Assembly: GCA_964350985.1 (NCBI GenBank)
Contig: CAYGLK010000001.1
Span: 1 to 50,271, forward strand
Length of the DNA: 50,271 nucleotides
Origin: an uncultured Candidatus Saccharibacteria bacterium
GTDB taxonomy: Bacteria > Patescibacteriota > Minisyncoccia > Phycocordibacterales > UBA918
Direction of reading: 5' to 3'
The position numbers and the translations under genes were made by a program. A model generated the notes under the pieces. That model saw only the letters and a list, made by a program, of their open reading frames with translations. It did not search any database and was not told the origin of the DNA. This document shows positions 16,545-26,142 of this stretch, piece after piece; position 1 is the first letter of the stretch; every line of letters starts with the position of its first letter.

Positions 16545-17210
16545 ATGAATACTGTCCCAGTAATTCCGAAAACAATCCATTATGTTTGGGTGGGGAACTC
16601 ACCCCTAACACCATTGGCTAAAAAGTGCATTGCTTCTTGGAGAAAATATTTACCTGATTATGAGATAAAGCTTTGGAACGAAGTGAACAGCCCAATGCAA
16701 CACCACTATGTTAGAGAAATGTACAAAAAAAAGAAGTGGGCGTTTGCTGCAGACTATATCCGTTTCTGGGCTCTAGAAAAAGAAGGAGGTATTTATTTAG
16801 ATACAGATACGGAAGTATTAAAATCATTTGATCCACTCCTTACTCACTCTGCATTTTTTGGTAAGACAAAAGATGGAGTTGTGGCTGCGGGTGTGATCGG
16901 GGCTGTGCCCGGACACCAGGTGATCAAAGATATTTTGGCAGTATATGATGCAGATGTTATTTATAGTACAGAAAGAACTTCACCAAGAACCGTAACTGAT
17001 ATTTTAGCGAAGAACACCTACGACGATGTCGAAGTTTATAATTATCAATACTTTAATCCGTGTGATGATGGGGAGAAGAGAACAGCAGAAAAATTATTAC
17101 TGGCTTACACTGACAATAAGTGGGCTGAATCTTGGGTGTCGTTTGCCAAAGTTAGAAAAGTACTCAGGCGTATGGGTATAATGAAGATTATTAAATCACT
17201 AACTAGCTGA
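16545..17210 (+). CDS. Glycosyltransferase with DXD sugar-binding motif (GT32 / Gly_transf_sug-like)
   Basis: IPKTIHYVWVG ... GGIYLDTDTE; TGgTAATAT-N6-ATG. Confidence 0.7.
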   Translation: MNTVPVIPKTIHYVWVGNSPLTPLAKKCIASWRKYLPDYEIKLWNEVNSPMQHHYVREMYKKKKWAFAADYIRFWALEKEGGIYLDTDTEVLKSFDPLLTHSAFFGKTKDGVVAAGVIGAVPGHQVIKDILAVYDADVIYSTERTSPRTVTDILAKNTYDDVEVYNYQYFNPCDDGEKRTAEKLLLAYTDNKWAESWVSFAKVRKVLRRMGIMKIIKSLTS

Positions 17211-17321
17211 TAATGATGGATTTTACCTGGTTTATATGCTGGAAATACACCGTGCAGCACTTAAGTGTTTCATGTTATTATTCTGTTGCTGATACGATTG
17301 TTACCAATAAGTTTTAATAAA

Positions 17322-17984
17322 ATGAAAAATCTCCTGCGAAAAGTTCATGATAATATTTTCGGTTCATATGTTGAAGAACTAAAAAGAGAAACAAAGGGCT
17401 GTAAGAGCATTCTTGATGTCGGCTGTGGAGTAGATTCTCCTGTCCAGTACTTGCCACGTGATATTTATCATGTAGGAGTAGATATTTACGCTCCAGCAAT
17501 CGAGGCTTCAAAGCAACGCGGTATCCATAACGAGTATCATGAGATATCTGTAGATAAGATAGAAGAACAGTTTGGTGAAAATTCATTTGATTGCGCACTC
17601 GCATCTGACGTTATTGAACATGTTACGAAAGAACAGGGTTTGGTGATGATGGAGAAAATGGAACGGGTGGCAAAGCATAAAATTATAATTTTTACCCCTC
17701 GTGGCTTTATTCCTCAAGATGAACACGATGGCAATCCATGGCAAGTACATAGATCTGGTTGGGAAGTAGCAGAGATGCAAAAATACGGCTATCAAGTTAT
17801 TGGTGTGAGTGGCATGAAGTGGGTCTGGAATATAAAGTTCTTGTGGAGAAAACGAGACGACGCAAACATCTTTGTGCGAATAATACGCAAGATACTTGTT
17901 GACTTTACACAACTATACGCCAGGAATCATCCTGAGTACGCGTACCAGATTATGTGTGTGAAAACAAAAAACAATGCTAAATAG
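17322..17984 (+). CDS. Class I SAM-dependent methyltransferase
   Basis: ILDVGCGVDSP motif I. Start uncertain: the track uses GTG 17265, the first in-frame ATG is 17322. Confidence 0.65.
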   Translation: MKNLLRKVHDNIFGSYVEELKRETKGCKSILDVGCGVDSPVQYLPRDIYHVGVDIYAPAIEASKQRGIHNEYHEISVDKIEEQFGENSFDCALASDVIEHVTKEQGLVMMEKMERVAKHKIIIFTPRGFIPQDEHDGNPWQVHRSGWEVAEMQKYGYQVIGVSGMKWVWNIKFLWRKRDDANIFVRIIRKILVDFTQLYARNHPEYAYQIMCVKTKNNAK

Positions 17985-18102
17985 TGTGTGATCTCTGTTC
18001 TTATCGTACACTAAACATTTATCTTTTTGGTAATTCCGACAAATTTTTACGAATAAAAAATTAATAACGACTAAGCTTAAAAGCACCTATTCAGCTAAAG
18101 AT

Positions 18103-18888
18103 ATGTTTACAACGTTCGTTATTAATCTTAATAAAGACACAGAACGTATGTCTTTCATGGCTCAACAGCTAGACCAGATCGGTATAAAGTATCGACGCCA
18201 TGCAGCTGTTTTGGGAAAAGAGTATAAATATACGAAAGAAGAATATGACGAGGTGCTTTCGATAAAAACCAACGGTTACACCATGCTTCCAGGAGAAATT
18301 GGATGTGCTCTTTCTCATGCTCAAGTGTTACAAAAGATTATTGAAGAAAGCATTCCATATACTTTAGTTTTAGAAGATGATGTACTGCTGCCAGAAAATT
18401 TTAAAGCAATTATAGAAAAAGAAATCATTAGTAATAAAGAGTGGGAGTATCTTTTATTCGATTACGTTATTGTTGGGTTGGCATTTATCAAGCAGTGGTT
18501 CTCCGGCGTTATATATATTACGGCAGAAAAAAATAAGTTGAGTATCGTACATGCTTTTACTTATGTTCTTTATAGTTTAGTTAAAGGTCTATATATAATC
18601 CCCTTGTCTTTTTGGGAAGGGTTTCGAAACTGGTATAAACAATGGAACCCTGGTCCAGTCCGTTTTTACCGCCCAGTATATTTTGCCGGGGCGTATTTAC
18701 TGAGTTTAGAAGGGGCAAAAAAACTACACTCACTAACAAAACCAATACTTTATACGGCAGATCATTTGCCTAATCGAGCACGAAGATTGCGAGGTTTGAA
18801 GTTTCGTTGTTTTGCACCACAGTCTGTTCATCAACAAAAGAAGCTTTTCGGCTCAAGTATTTTAGATTTATCTGGTGATAAAATGTGA
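18103..18888 (+). CDS. Glycosyltransferase family 25-like
   Basis: FVINLNKDTERMSFMAQQL..GIKYRRHAAV, LPGEIGCALSH, LVLEDDV. Confidence 0.7.
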   Translation: MFTTFVINLNKDTERMSFMAQQLDQIGIKYRRHAAVLGKEYKYTKEEYDEVLSIKTNGYTMLPGEIGCALSHAQVLQKIIEESIPYTLVLEDDVLLPENFKAIIEKEIISNKEWEYLLFDYVIVGLAFIKQWFSGVIYITAEKNKLSIVHAFTYVLYSLVKGLYIIPLSFWEGFRNWYKQWNPGPVRFYRPVYFAGAYLLSLEGAKKLHSLTKPILYTADHLPNRARRLRGLKFRCFAPQSVHQQKKLFGSSILDLSGDKM

Positions 18889-18889
18889 T

Positions 18890-19033
18890 ATGAAAAATTT
18901 ATATGAATATAATCTCTTTGTCTCAATTGCCTTAGATGTATATAACGGCGAAAAATATTTATGCCAACAATTAGACTTGCTTCTATCTCAAACTTATCAA
19001 GATCTTGAGGTTATCATTTTAAAATATTTATAG
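18890..19033 (+). pseudogene. 47-codon remnant of a GT2 glycosyltransferase N-terminus
   Basis: MKNLYEYNLFVSIALDVYNGEKYLCQQLDLLLSQTYQDLEVIILKYL*. The GT2 opening motif (V-S-I-x-x-x-x-Y-N-G-E-K-Y-L ... SQTYxDxEVII) stops before the DD/DXD region. Confidence 0.6.
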
Positions 19034-19035
19034 TT

Positions 19036-19905
19036 ATGACAAAACAAGACATTAAAAGATTAGTACCAAAAATTGCCTTAGAATATTATCGTAAATTTCG
19101 GCGGTGGGAGCGGTTTAACTATCGTTATAAATATAATAAAGGAAAGAGTTTTATAAAAAACATATCAATTTTTGAAACAAAATTTAAAATAGTAATTAAT
19201 CCTTATCGAAATTGTTGTGTAGATGATTTTATTGCTCAAGATGGATGTTGGGAGCCAAAGGTTAGTGAGAAAATCATGAAGTTTTTACCGCCAGACGGTG
19301 TGTTTATAGATGTAGGAGCAAATATAGGTTACCACTCATTATTTGCCGCAACACTTTACAACCGTACTACTAGTGTCTTTGCTTTTGAACCCCAAAAAGA
19401 AATTTATGATATGGTCCTTGAAAGCATTAGAGAAAATTTATTAACAAATATAAAAGTATTTAACATTGGACTTTCTAATACTCAATGTTCAGCTGAACTT
19501 AATATTTTTGAGGAAAATAAGGGAGCTGCTAGCTTAGTTAAGGGCTTGAACCACCATGTTGGTACCACGAGTAAACAAACTATTGAGTTAAAAACACTAG
19601 ACTCATTTGAGAGTCAAATCTCAGGTATTGATGTCATTAAAATTGATGTTGAGGGATTTGAATTTGAGACTATATTAGGAGCAGAGAAATTGATACGAAA
19701 ATTTAAACCCGTCTTGTTGGTTGAGTTTAGTCCTGGACTTTATCTTGTCCGCGATCAAAAAATTGTTGAACGACTTATCTCAAAATTAGAAGATCTAGAC
19801 TACAGAATTCTTACGCTAGAAGAAGAAGAAATTGATTTACGCAAGTGGACTAACTCTAACCATACAGATACGTCACAGATTGATATTATTTGTTTACCAA
19901 AATAG
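19036..19905 (+). CDS. FkbM-family methyltransferase
   Basis: FIDVGANIGYHS, VIKIDVEGFEFE. Confidence 0.75.
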   Translation: MTKQDIKRLVPKIALEYYRKFRRWERFNYRYKYNKGKSFIKNISIFETKFKIVINPYRNCCVDDFIAQDGCWEPKVSEKIMKFLPPDGVFIDVGANIGYHSLFAATLYNRTTSVFAFEPQKEIYDMVLESIRENLLTNIKVFNIGLSNTQCSAELNIFEENKGAASLVKGLNHHVGTTSKQTIELKTLDSFESQISGIDVIKIDVEGFEFETILGAEKLIRKFKPVLLVEFSPGLYLVRDQKIVERLISKLEDLDYRILTLEEEEIDLRKWTNSNHTDTSQIDIICLPK

Positions 19906-19910
19906 TTAAA

Positions 19911-20702
19911 CTAGCTTCTTTGGAACCAGGAAATTCCTAGAGACTGATTTGCTGGTTCGTGTAAGGTTCTTACAAAGCCTTTTGCTAGCAAAAATTCACT
20001 TAATCTTTCTATGTTGTTATGTGAATCACCCTCCTCATTATGGTATTCCATTTTTAAGGTACTAATTTTTGACAGTGTTTCATCACTGCTTTGATATATT
20101 GTTTCAAATTCAGCACCTTCGCAGTCTAGTTTCAAGAGGTCAATTTTTGAAATTTGATTATCAGAAAAGATTTTTTCCAAAGTAGTGCAGGTAACAATGA
20201 TGGAATTTTCTCCAATAGCAAATACCATGGATGACAAAATACTTTTATCTTCTGAAAAGGAGAACTTTCTATCTTCGGCCACACCAGCAACTCCAGCATT
20301 AAAAAGGGTGACGTTTGTCAAATTATTGTCAGTGATGTTTTTCTTTAGCTTGTTAAATGTCTCTGGAATCGGCTCATAGGCGAAGACTTTATGGAGATTG
20401 TTTTTTGCGGCTAAAGCCGTGAAATAACCCTTATTGGCTCCAATATCGACAATCACTCGCTCTTTGTTGTCCTCAACTGAGTTGAGGTCGTATTCATCTT
20501 TTATGAGAATAGTGCTAATTGAACTTATGTCGTCAGGATTATCAGTATAGAGAAATAACCCATTGCGTAAAAAAATGGTACGTCCTTGTTTTTCAAAATA
20601 TCCCTTGAAGTAGGTAAAAGGGTTCTTGATACGGGTAATGACCCTTGGTATGTAGGGTAGGTATTGGAAGGCTTTTTTAGTTAAAACAGACAGTCTACTC
20701 AT
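19911..20702 (-). CDS. FkbM-family methyltransferase
   Basis: VVDIGANKGYFT, LLKLDCEGAEFE; TGcTATACT-N10-ATG. Confidence 0.75.
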   Translation of the reverse strand: MSRLSVLTKKAFQYLPYIPRVITRIKNPFTYFKGYFEKQGRTIFLRNGLFLYTDNPDDISSISTILIKDEYDLNSVEDNKERVIVDIGANKGYFTALAAKNNLHKVFAYEPIPETFNKLKKNITDNNLTNVTLFNAGVAGVAEDRKFSFSEDKSILSSMVFAIGENSIIVTCTTLEKIFSDNQISKIDLLKLDCEGAEFETIYQSSDETLSKISTLKMEYHNEEGDSHNNIERLSEFLLAKGFVRTLHEPANQSLGISWFQRS

Positions 20703-20805
20703 ATTATCGAAGAGTATAGCATATCTTATTTTAGTCTTTCTGATACGAGAAAGGGATTAAGATAAGTAGCAATTCCAGCCCCGAGACTGAAAAAAAACGT
20801 CTCCT

Positions 20806-21618
20806 ATGATAATCTGTTCATATATGGAACTTGTCTATAGAGGGGCTCGCTTCTTAAGGAACTATGTTTTTAGGAGTCCGAAATACACCTGGGCTTTCTT
20901 GTTAATTTTTTGGCAGAAGGGCTTTGCCTTCCGAACCCCGCTCTTGACTGAAGGAGAGTTTATAAAAGAAATCAAAAACGGAAAATCTTTAATTCGTTTG
21001 GGTGACGGTGAAATAAATTTGATGCGAGGACAAAGAAATCATTATCAAACCTTTTCTCCAGTCTTGAAAAAAGTCATGTTCGATATTGTCGAGAGTTATA
21101 GTGAAAAATCACCTTATCTTTTATCAGTTCCCAGATTTATTAATTGCACGAATAGCGAACTGAAGAGTATGGGTAAGCTTTATGTTTGGCTTCCACTAAA
21201 AGCGATGTTTTGGATTTATTTTAAAAAGAACATTCCGTACTTAGATGCGCATGCTTTTTATTACGATGGTTATTTTGAAAGGACAGTCGGTGCAGCCATT
21301 GTTAACAAGCAAGTTATCTTGGTTACAAAAAGGGAGACCATTGATAAACAAAAGAATAATAAAAACATTCCTTGGAAGAGGTTAGATTATGTGGTTGTGC
21401 CTGAAACTGAGGCGCTATCGTCTTACGAGAGTATTAAAAATAAAATTGAACAGGTAATTAATCCAGATGAAGTAAAAGAGACAGTGCTCTTGTTTGCTTT
21501 GGGGCCAGTCGGAAAAAAGATAGCGTTTGAGTTTGCAAAAAATAATATTCAATCCATTGATATCGGAAAAGTGGCCGAAGTTATGTATACTGGCGAATCA
21601 ATCGAGTATATTGTTTAG
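20806..21618 (+). CDS. GT-D fold glycosyltransferase (DUF1792 family)
   Basis: SLIRLGDGEINLMRGQ signature near the N-terminus. Alternative leaderless start at 20824 (GATAAT-N10-ATG). Confidence 0.65.
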   Translation: MIICSYMELVYRGARFLRNYVFRSPKYTWAFLLIFWQKGFAFRTPLLTEGEFIKEIKNGKSLIRLGDGEINLMRGQRNHYQTFSPVLKKVMFDIVESYSEKSPYLLSVPRFINCTNSELKSMGKLYVWLPLKAMFWIYFKKNIPYLDAHAFYYDGYFERTVGAAIVNKQVILVTKRETIDKQKNNKNIPWKRLDYVVVPETEALSSYESIKNKIEQVINPDEVKETVLLFALGPVGKKIAFEFAKNNIQSIDIGKVAEVMYTGESIEYIV

Positions 21619-21665
21619 TCACTGGGGTAGGAAATTACTAAGCTTAGGGTATAATATTTGCTAAT

Positions 21666-22487
21666 ATGACAGAATACGTTCCAGTGCGGGTAAAAATTAA
21701 GCATACTTTGCGTAATTTGCTACCCAAATCTCTCTTTACTCTGATTAACAAAGTGTGGATCAATACCTTTGCTAGATTTTTTAAGGTGCAGGATGTGTTG
21801 GATAAATATACGGCTCTATTTTTGCAAAATAACCCCAAGGTTGTACAAGGAGGACCATTCACTGGTTTGCAGTACGTAGATAAGGCAGTCGGTAGTAATT
21901 ATCTACACAAACTAGTTGGTTCTTATGAAGCCGTCTTACATCCAGTTTGGAGTAAAATTTTTCAAAAACACTTTGATACCGTAATTGATATCGGTGCTGC
22001 GGAGGGTTACTACTTAGTTGGATTAGGACAGAAGTTTCCCCAGACAAAGCTAGTGGGCTTTGAAACGGAGTCTAGGGGTAGGGATTTGATTGCTGAAATG
22101 TACCAAAAGAATAATTTACAAAACGAACTAATCTTGGAGGGAACTGCAACGGTCAATAATGTTCCATCATACATCACTGAAAACACATTACTCATTTGTG
22201 ATTGTGAGGGAGGGGAGTTAGATATCTTAAATCCCGATCTGGAATCAGCTTTTAAAAAAATTGATACAGCGATTGTGGAGCTCCATGATTTAATGCGACC
22301 AGGTATTAAAGAGACTCTGACAAAAAGGTTTTCACCTACACATACCATAAACTTTGTTCAATTTAAGACTGCTGACCCAAGACAATTCCCATTTCTAGCT
22401 TCAATTCAAAATCAGTCTGAGCAGTATGAAATATTGCGTGAGCGCGGCTGGCAAGAACAAGACTGGATGATTTTAAATCGAAAATAA
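21666..22487 (+). CDS. SAM-dependent methyltransferase (FkbM-like motif I)
   Basis: VIDIGAAEGYYLVGL; TATAAT-N10-ATG. Confidence 0.6.
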   Translation: MTEYVPVRVKIKHTLRNLLPKSLFTLINKVWINTFARFFKVQDVLDKYTALFLQNNPKVVQGGPFTGLQYVDKAVGSNYLHKLVGSYEAVLHPVWSKIFQKHFDTVIDIGAAEGYYLVGLGQKFPQTKLVGFETESRGRDLIAEMYQKNNLQNELILEGTATVNNVPSYITENTLLICDCEGGELDILNPDLESAFKKIDTAIVELHDLMRPGIKETLTKRFSPTHTINFVQFKTADPRQFPFLASIQNQSEQYEILRERGWQEQDWMILNRK

Positions 22488-22518
22488 ATAAAACACCTCA
22501 AGGAGAGGTGTTTTATTT
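22488..22518. terminator. Bidirectional terminator between convergent genes
   Basis: ATAAAACACCTC-AAGGA-GAGGTGTTTTAT with flanking A/T runs. Confidence 0.6.
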
Positions 22519-23298
22519 TTGGAAAAACTTTTTTAGCTCGTCTAGCTGAACGGCTAATTCAGGTAAGGTTTTGTCTGACCGCAGACATTTATTTACAGTA
22601 AGTTCAGTTTCAAAAGGAATGATCTCAATGCTTTTTTTGTAGACTTCCTTGGCAATGTTAAGAATCTCAAATTTTGTATAATGAGTGGAAGTCCCTAGTT
22701 GGTTTAGGGTAGGATATTTTTTCCAATTTTCGATTAGGTTTTGGCATTGTTTAGCCCATTCTAAGGTGGTAATGCCATTCCAGTAGTGATTAGTGTAACC
22801 ACGAGTACTGCCGTCTTGTGCTAGAAACCAATCAAGTAAAGATAGGGAAGTAGACTCCTCGTGACCAATTATTGAGGTGCGAATTATTTTGGTGTTTTTG
22901 AAACTGTCTTCAATTTCTTTGGAGATGTCAGCCTTACTTTTGCCGTATACGTCATCAGCATCCCGAAGTGATGCCTTCGTATAAGTTTGTCCAGGTGGAA
23001 TATCGCCCTTAAATTCGCAATCAGTAGAAGGATGAATTATTGGTATATTTAAACTTTCAAGAAAGCGGGGTAGCTCTATATTCAAAAAATTATACTCAGT
23101 TTCTAACGGCTGTTTTTGAGGAATTTTGCCAATGCAATTTATGATAAATTCTGGTTTTAAATTTAGTATCTCTGTCTCAAAGTCTTTGTCTCCCCAGCGA
23201 CTAGAAAGACCAACAACCTCATACTCAGGCAGCGTCAAAAAAAACTTTTCTACTGTACGTCCAAGCATTCCCCTGTGTCCTAAGATCAGTATCTTCAT
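22513..23298 (-). CDS. RmlD-like NAD(P)-dependent sugar-nucleotide reductase
   Basis: MKILILGHRGMLG Rossmann N-terminus; VYGKSK (YxxxK) catalytic region. Confidence 0.65.
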   Translation of the reverse strand: MKILILGHRGMLGRTVEKFFLTLPEYEVVGLSSRWGDKDFETEILNLKPEFIINCIGKIPQKQPLETEYNFLNIELPRFLESLNIPIIHPSTDCEFKGDIPPGQTYTKASLRDADDVYGKSKADISKEIEDSFKNTKIIRTSIIGHEESTSLSLLDWFLAQDGSTRGYTNHYWNGITTLEWAKQCQNLIENWKKYPTLNQLGTSTHYTKFEILNIAKEVYKKSIEIIPFETELTVNKCLRSDKTLPELAVQLDELKKFFQK

Positions 23299-23303
23299 AG
23301 TTA

Positions 23304-24242
23304 TTATTTAGCGAAGTAGTTGTGCTTTTTAAGAAGTGTATGTAATTCTTCTTTGCTCACCAAGACCTCTTCAGAGCTAAGACCGTTTACTGAAAGAATG
23401 TTTTCATGATAGACATGTTTGTTATGAAGTAAGTACATATCATTTTCCTTATCATAAGTAACTCTTTCTTTTTCGTAAGGAGAAATCATTTGTTCATGAT
23501 ATTTCTCAGATAATCTCGGACTACCGACTTTCCACTTCAATCTAAACTCCTCAGTATATATTTCAAACAGATCCTTTACCTTAAATGATTTTAGATTTGG
23601 AATAATATTAAAGCCGTCTTTAAGTAGAGCATATTCAATAGTATCAATTGCTGTTTCAATATCAATCATGAAGCGGGTCATTTCTTCGCCGTATAAGGTC
23701 AGTTCGTAGTTGTTTTTTATTGAGTCCCAGATCAAAGGGATGATTGAACCGGTTGAATTGAGTACGTTTCCGTAGATCACTGAAGTTAGACGAGTATCAA
23801 CCTCTTCAGCGTTTACTACAAAAGCTTCTCCTGCAACATATTTTAAGGCGCCATAAATAGTGGTGGCACCGCGACTCTTATCACTAGAAATAAAAGTAGC
23901 TGATTTGAAATTATTTTCAATGGAAGCTCTTCTAGAATTTATGGCGCCATTAACAATAATTTGGATTGATTCTTCGACATTTTGATCTACGGCTTCAATT
24001 TGTTTAAGTGAGGCAGTAAAAATACCTAGGGTGTGTCCGGCGGCAGCTTCTTTTAGAAGTTGATAATTTCTAACATCGCCAATCACGCACTTTATTTTAG
24101 GGAAGTGTTTTTTGAGGTAATAGTGTTTAGCTTCATCACGACTGAAGACGGTGATTTCATTTTTATCGTAATATCTTTTTACAAGATTACTGCCCAAGTA
24201 ACCCGCTCCTCCAGTGATGAATATTTTTTCGTCTTGTATCAT
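23304..24242 (-). CDS. CapD/Polysacc_synt_2-type sugar-nucleotide 4,6-dehydratase/epimerase
   Basis: IFITGGAGYLGSNL; FISSDKSRGATTIYGALKYVAGE matches the STDKAV..YGxxK pattern; TAATAC-N7-ATG. Confidence 0.65.
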   Translation of the reverse strand: MIQDEKIFITGGAGYLGSNLVKRYYDKNEITVFSRDEAKHYYLKKHFPKIKCVIGDVRNYQLLKEAAAGHTLGIFTASLKQIEAVDQNVEESIQIIVNGAINSRRASIENNFKSATFISSDKSRGATTIYGALKYVAGEAFVVNAEEVDTRLTSVIYGNVLNSTGSIIPLIWDSIKNNYELTLYGEEMTRFMIDIETAIDTIEYALLKDGFNIIPNLKSFKVKDLFEIYTEEFRLKWKVGSPRLSEKYHEQMISPYEKERVTYDKENDMYLLHNKHVYHENILSVNGLSSEEVLVSKEELHTLLKKHNYFAK

Positions 24243-24291
24243 AATAATCGTATTAAACGGCTTAAACTATAGCTCTGGTTAAATCTAATGT

Positions 24292-25338
24292 ATGTTATTA
24301 TGTATGCAAATGCAAGTGCCAGTAAATAAAGTGAAAGTTACGGTTGTTACTGTTGTTTACGGTTCTAGGTGGTCTTTTTTAAGGCAAGTGGCAGATTCTT
24401 GCCTTCAAGATAACCAAGTGAAGACTTTTGTTATTGTTGATAACGGTTGTCACGACCAAGAAGCAATGGATCTGTATGCTAAGGACTATCCTGATAGGAT
24501 CATAATACTGCGTCAAGAAAAGAATATAGGTTATTCTGGCGCTATAAATAAAGGTCTCACATTTGCTAGAGAGACGGAGGCAGATTTTGTTTTTGTGCTT
24601 GATGACGACTCGGTGCCTGAAGAGGGAGCCATAGATCATTTTTTGGCTAATTTGCGCTTACTGGGTGATCAAAAGGTGATCTTAGTAGGAAATAGAGTAG
24701 ATGTTCCTGGCAACAAAGATATTTTTACCACCAGACCGCTACTTGAAGCCTTTCCTCGGGGAACTTTGTTTGAGGTCTTTAGCCTAAAGAAATTTATTAA
24801 TGCGTGTAAATTAGTTTTGGGAATTAAACCACGTACAGACAATCCTTTTATTCCAATTGTCCCAACAGAGGCCTTTGTGACAGGAGGAACATTTTTGCCA
24901 ATGGAGGTGGTACGAACAGTTGAGCCACCAGACTCCAGTATGTTTATTTATGGTGAAGACTTAGACTATGCTTGGCGTATCAGAAAACTTGGTTACCAGT
25001 CCTATGCTTGTGCTCGACCAGTAATTAGAGATATCGACATGACGTTTCCTAATTACGGAGATCATATTTTTGCTTTATTTAAACCAGATACCCCAACCTA
25101 TAAAGTTTATTACCGTATGCGTAATGCAGTTAAAATTTCGAAAAGACACACAGATCAATCAACTATAGTGTTAGTGATCAATGTCGTGTTTTGGTATATA
25201 GGATTGTGTATTATCGGTTTGATTAAATGGGGTCCAAGTCGTTCCTATTTAAGTCGGGCTTGGCTAGTGGCTGTTGCTCTTTATACCGGATTTGTACCTA
25301 GTACCTCGGTACCTAAGTCAGTTGTCACACCACAGTAA
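24292..25338 (+). CDS. GT2 glycosyltransferase with C-terminal membrane helices
   Basis: VTVVTVVYGS...VIVDNG...VLDDDS (DXD). Several in-frame ATGs at 24292-24313 make the start uncertain. Confidence 0.7.
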   Translation: MLLCMQMQVPVNKVKVTVVTVVYGSRWSFLRQVADSCLQDNQVKTFVIVDNGCHDQEAMDLYAKDYPDRIIILRQEKNIGYSGAINKGLTFARETEADFVFVLDDDSVPEEGAIDHFLANLRLLGDQKVILVGNRVDVPGNKDIFTTRPLLEAFPRGTLFEVFSLKKFINACKLVLGIKPRTDNPFIPIVPTEAFVTGGTFLPMEVVRTVEPPDSSMFIYGEDLDYAWRIRKLGYQSYACARPVIRDIDMTFPNYGDHIFALFKPDTPTYKVYYRMRNAVKISKRHTDQSTIVLVINVVFWYIGLCIIGLIKWGPSRSYLSRAWLVAVALYTGFVPSTSVPKSVVTPQ

Positions 25339-25342
25339 GTAA

Positions 25343-26119
25343 TCATCTAAGTGATTTGATTAGTCGCCCACAAATGTAGATAAAAACAGGTAGTGAAAAG
25401 ATGCGTCTTTGCCAAACTTCTCTTAAAACAGCATAATTATTTTTCCAACGTTCCTGATACTTGTGATAGTTAGTGGTAAGACCTTCGGTAGCGTAGCCCT
25501 CAGAAAATGTGCCAGTACTATCAATGAATTTAAATTTATTTTGCCTAAAGGATAATTGACTAAAATATAACCATTCTTCAGCATTCTTAATTAAGGTGGG
25601 GAAGTTTATACCATCAGTGACTTTAAAGTTGATGCAATGAGTTGCATCACCATAGAATCGGCGCTTTAGTAACACATCATATTGATAATTAATTAAATCT
25701 CTACCGGTCTTGTTTACTGTAAATGCTTCCTGGGTTTGTGATTGTGTTCGCTTTGACACAAGCCAATTGAGACCACCGTTTGTGCTAATTGATTTTGAAA
25801 AATCTTCAAGACAAGTGGAGCTAAGCCAATCATCATCGTCTAAAAAAACTAAAAAACCAGCAAAACCATCTTGCCTTAAAAAATCAAAAGCTTTATTAAC
25901 TGAGGCATTCTTACCTAGGTTAAGGTTGTTTTTTATTACTATAATTCTTTGATCACTTTGACTCAGTAACTCAAGTTCTGAGTAATTTGACTCGGTGTCG
26001 TCAATAACAATGACCATCTTCCAACTGGAATAGTTTTGTTTTTGGACACTACTAAGAGAGCGTAATATTTGTTTAGGTCGTTTATATGTTGAAGTTACTA
26101 CGCAAAAGTTTGGTTTCAT
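25343..26119 (-). CDS. GT2 glycosyltransferase
   Basis: FCVVTSTYKRPKQILRSLSSVQKQNYSSWKMVIVIDD, FLDDDD. Confidence 0.7.
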   Translation of the reverse strand: MKPNFCVVTSTYKRPKQILRSLSSVQKQNYSSWKMVIVIDDTESNYSELELLSQSDQRIIVIKNNLNLGKNASVNKAFDFLRQDGFAGFLVFLDDDDWLSSTCLEDFSKSISTNGGLNWLVSKRTQSQTQEAFTVNKTGRDLINYQYDVLLKRRFYGDATHCINFKVTDGINFPTLIKNAEEWLYFSQLSFRQNKFKFIDSTGTFSEGYATEGLTTNYHKYQERWKNNYAVLREVWQRRIFSLPVFIYICGRLIKSLR

Positions 26120-26131
26120 CTTAAGCTTAAT

Positions 26132-26139
26132 AGTATACT
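26132..26139. promoter_or_regulatory. Palindromic AGTATACT giving overlapping TATACT -10 boxes for both divergent genes
   Basis: Sits in a 23-nt intergenic gap (26120-26142). Minus box 26132-26137 is 12 nt from ATG 26119. Plus box 26134-26139 is 3 nt from ATG 26143 and 9 nt from ATG 26149. Confidence 0.5.
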
Positions 26140-26142
26140 AAA

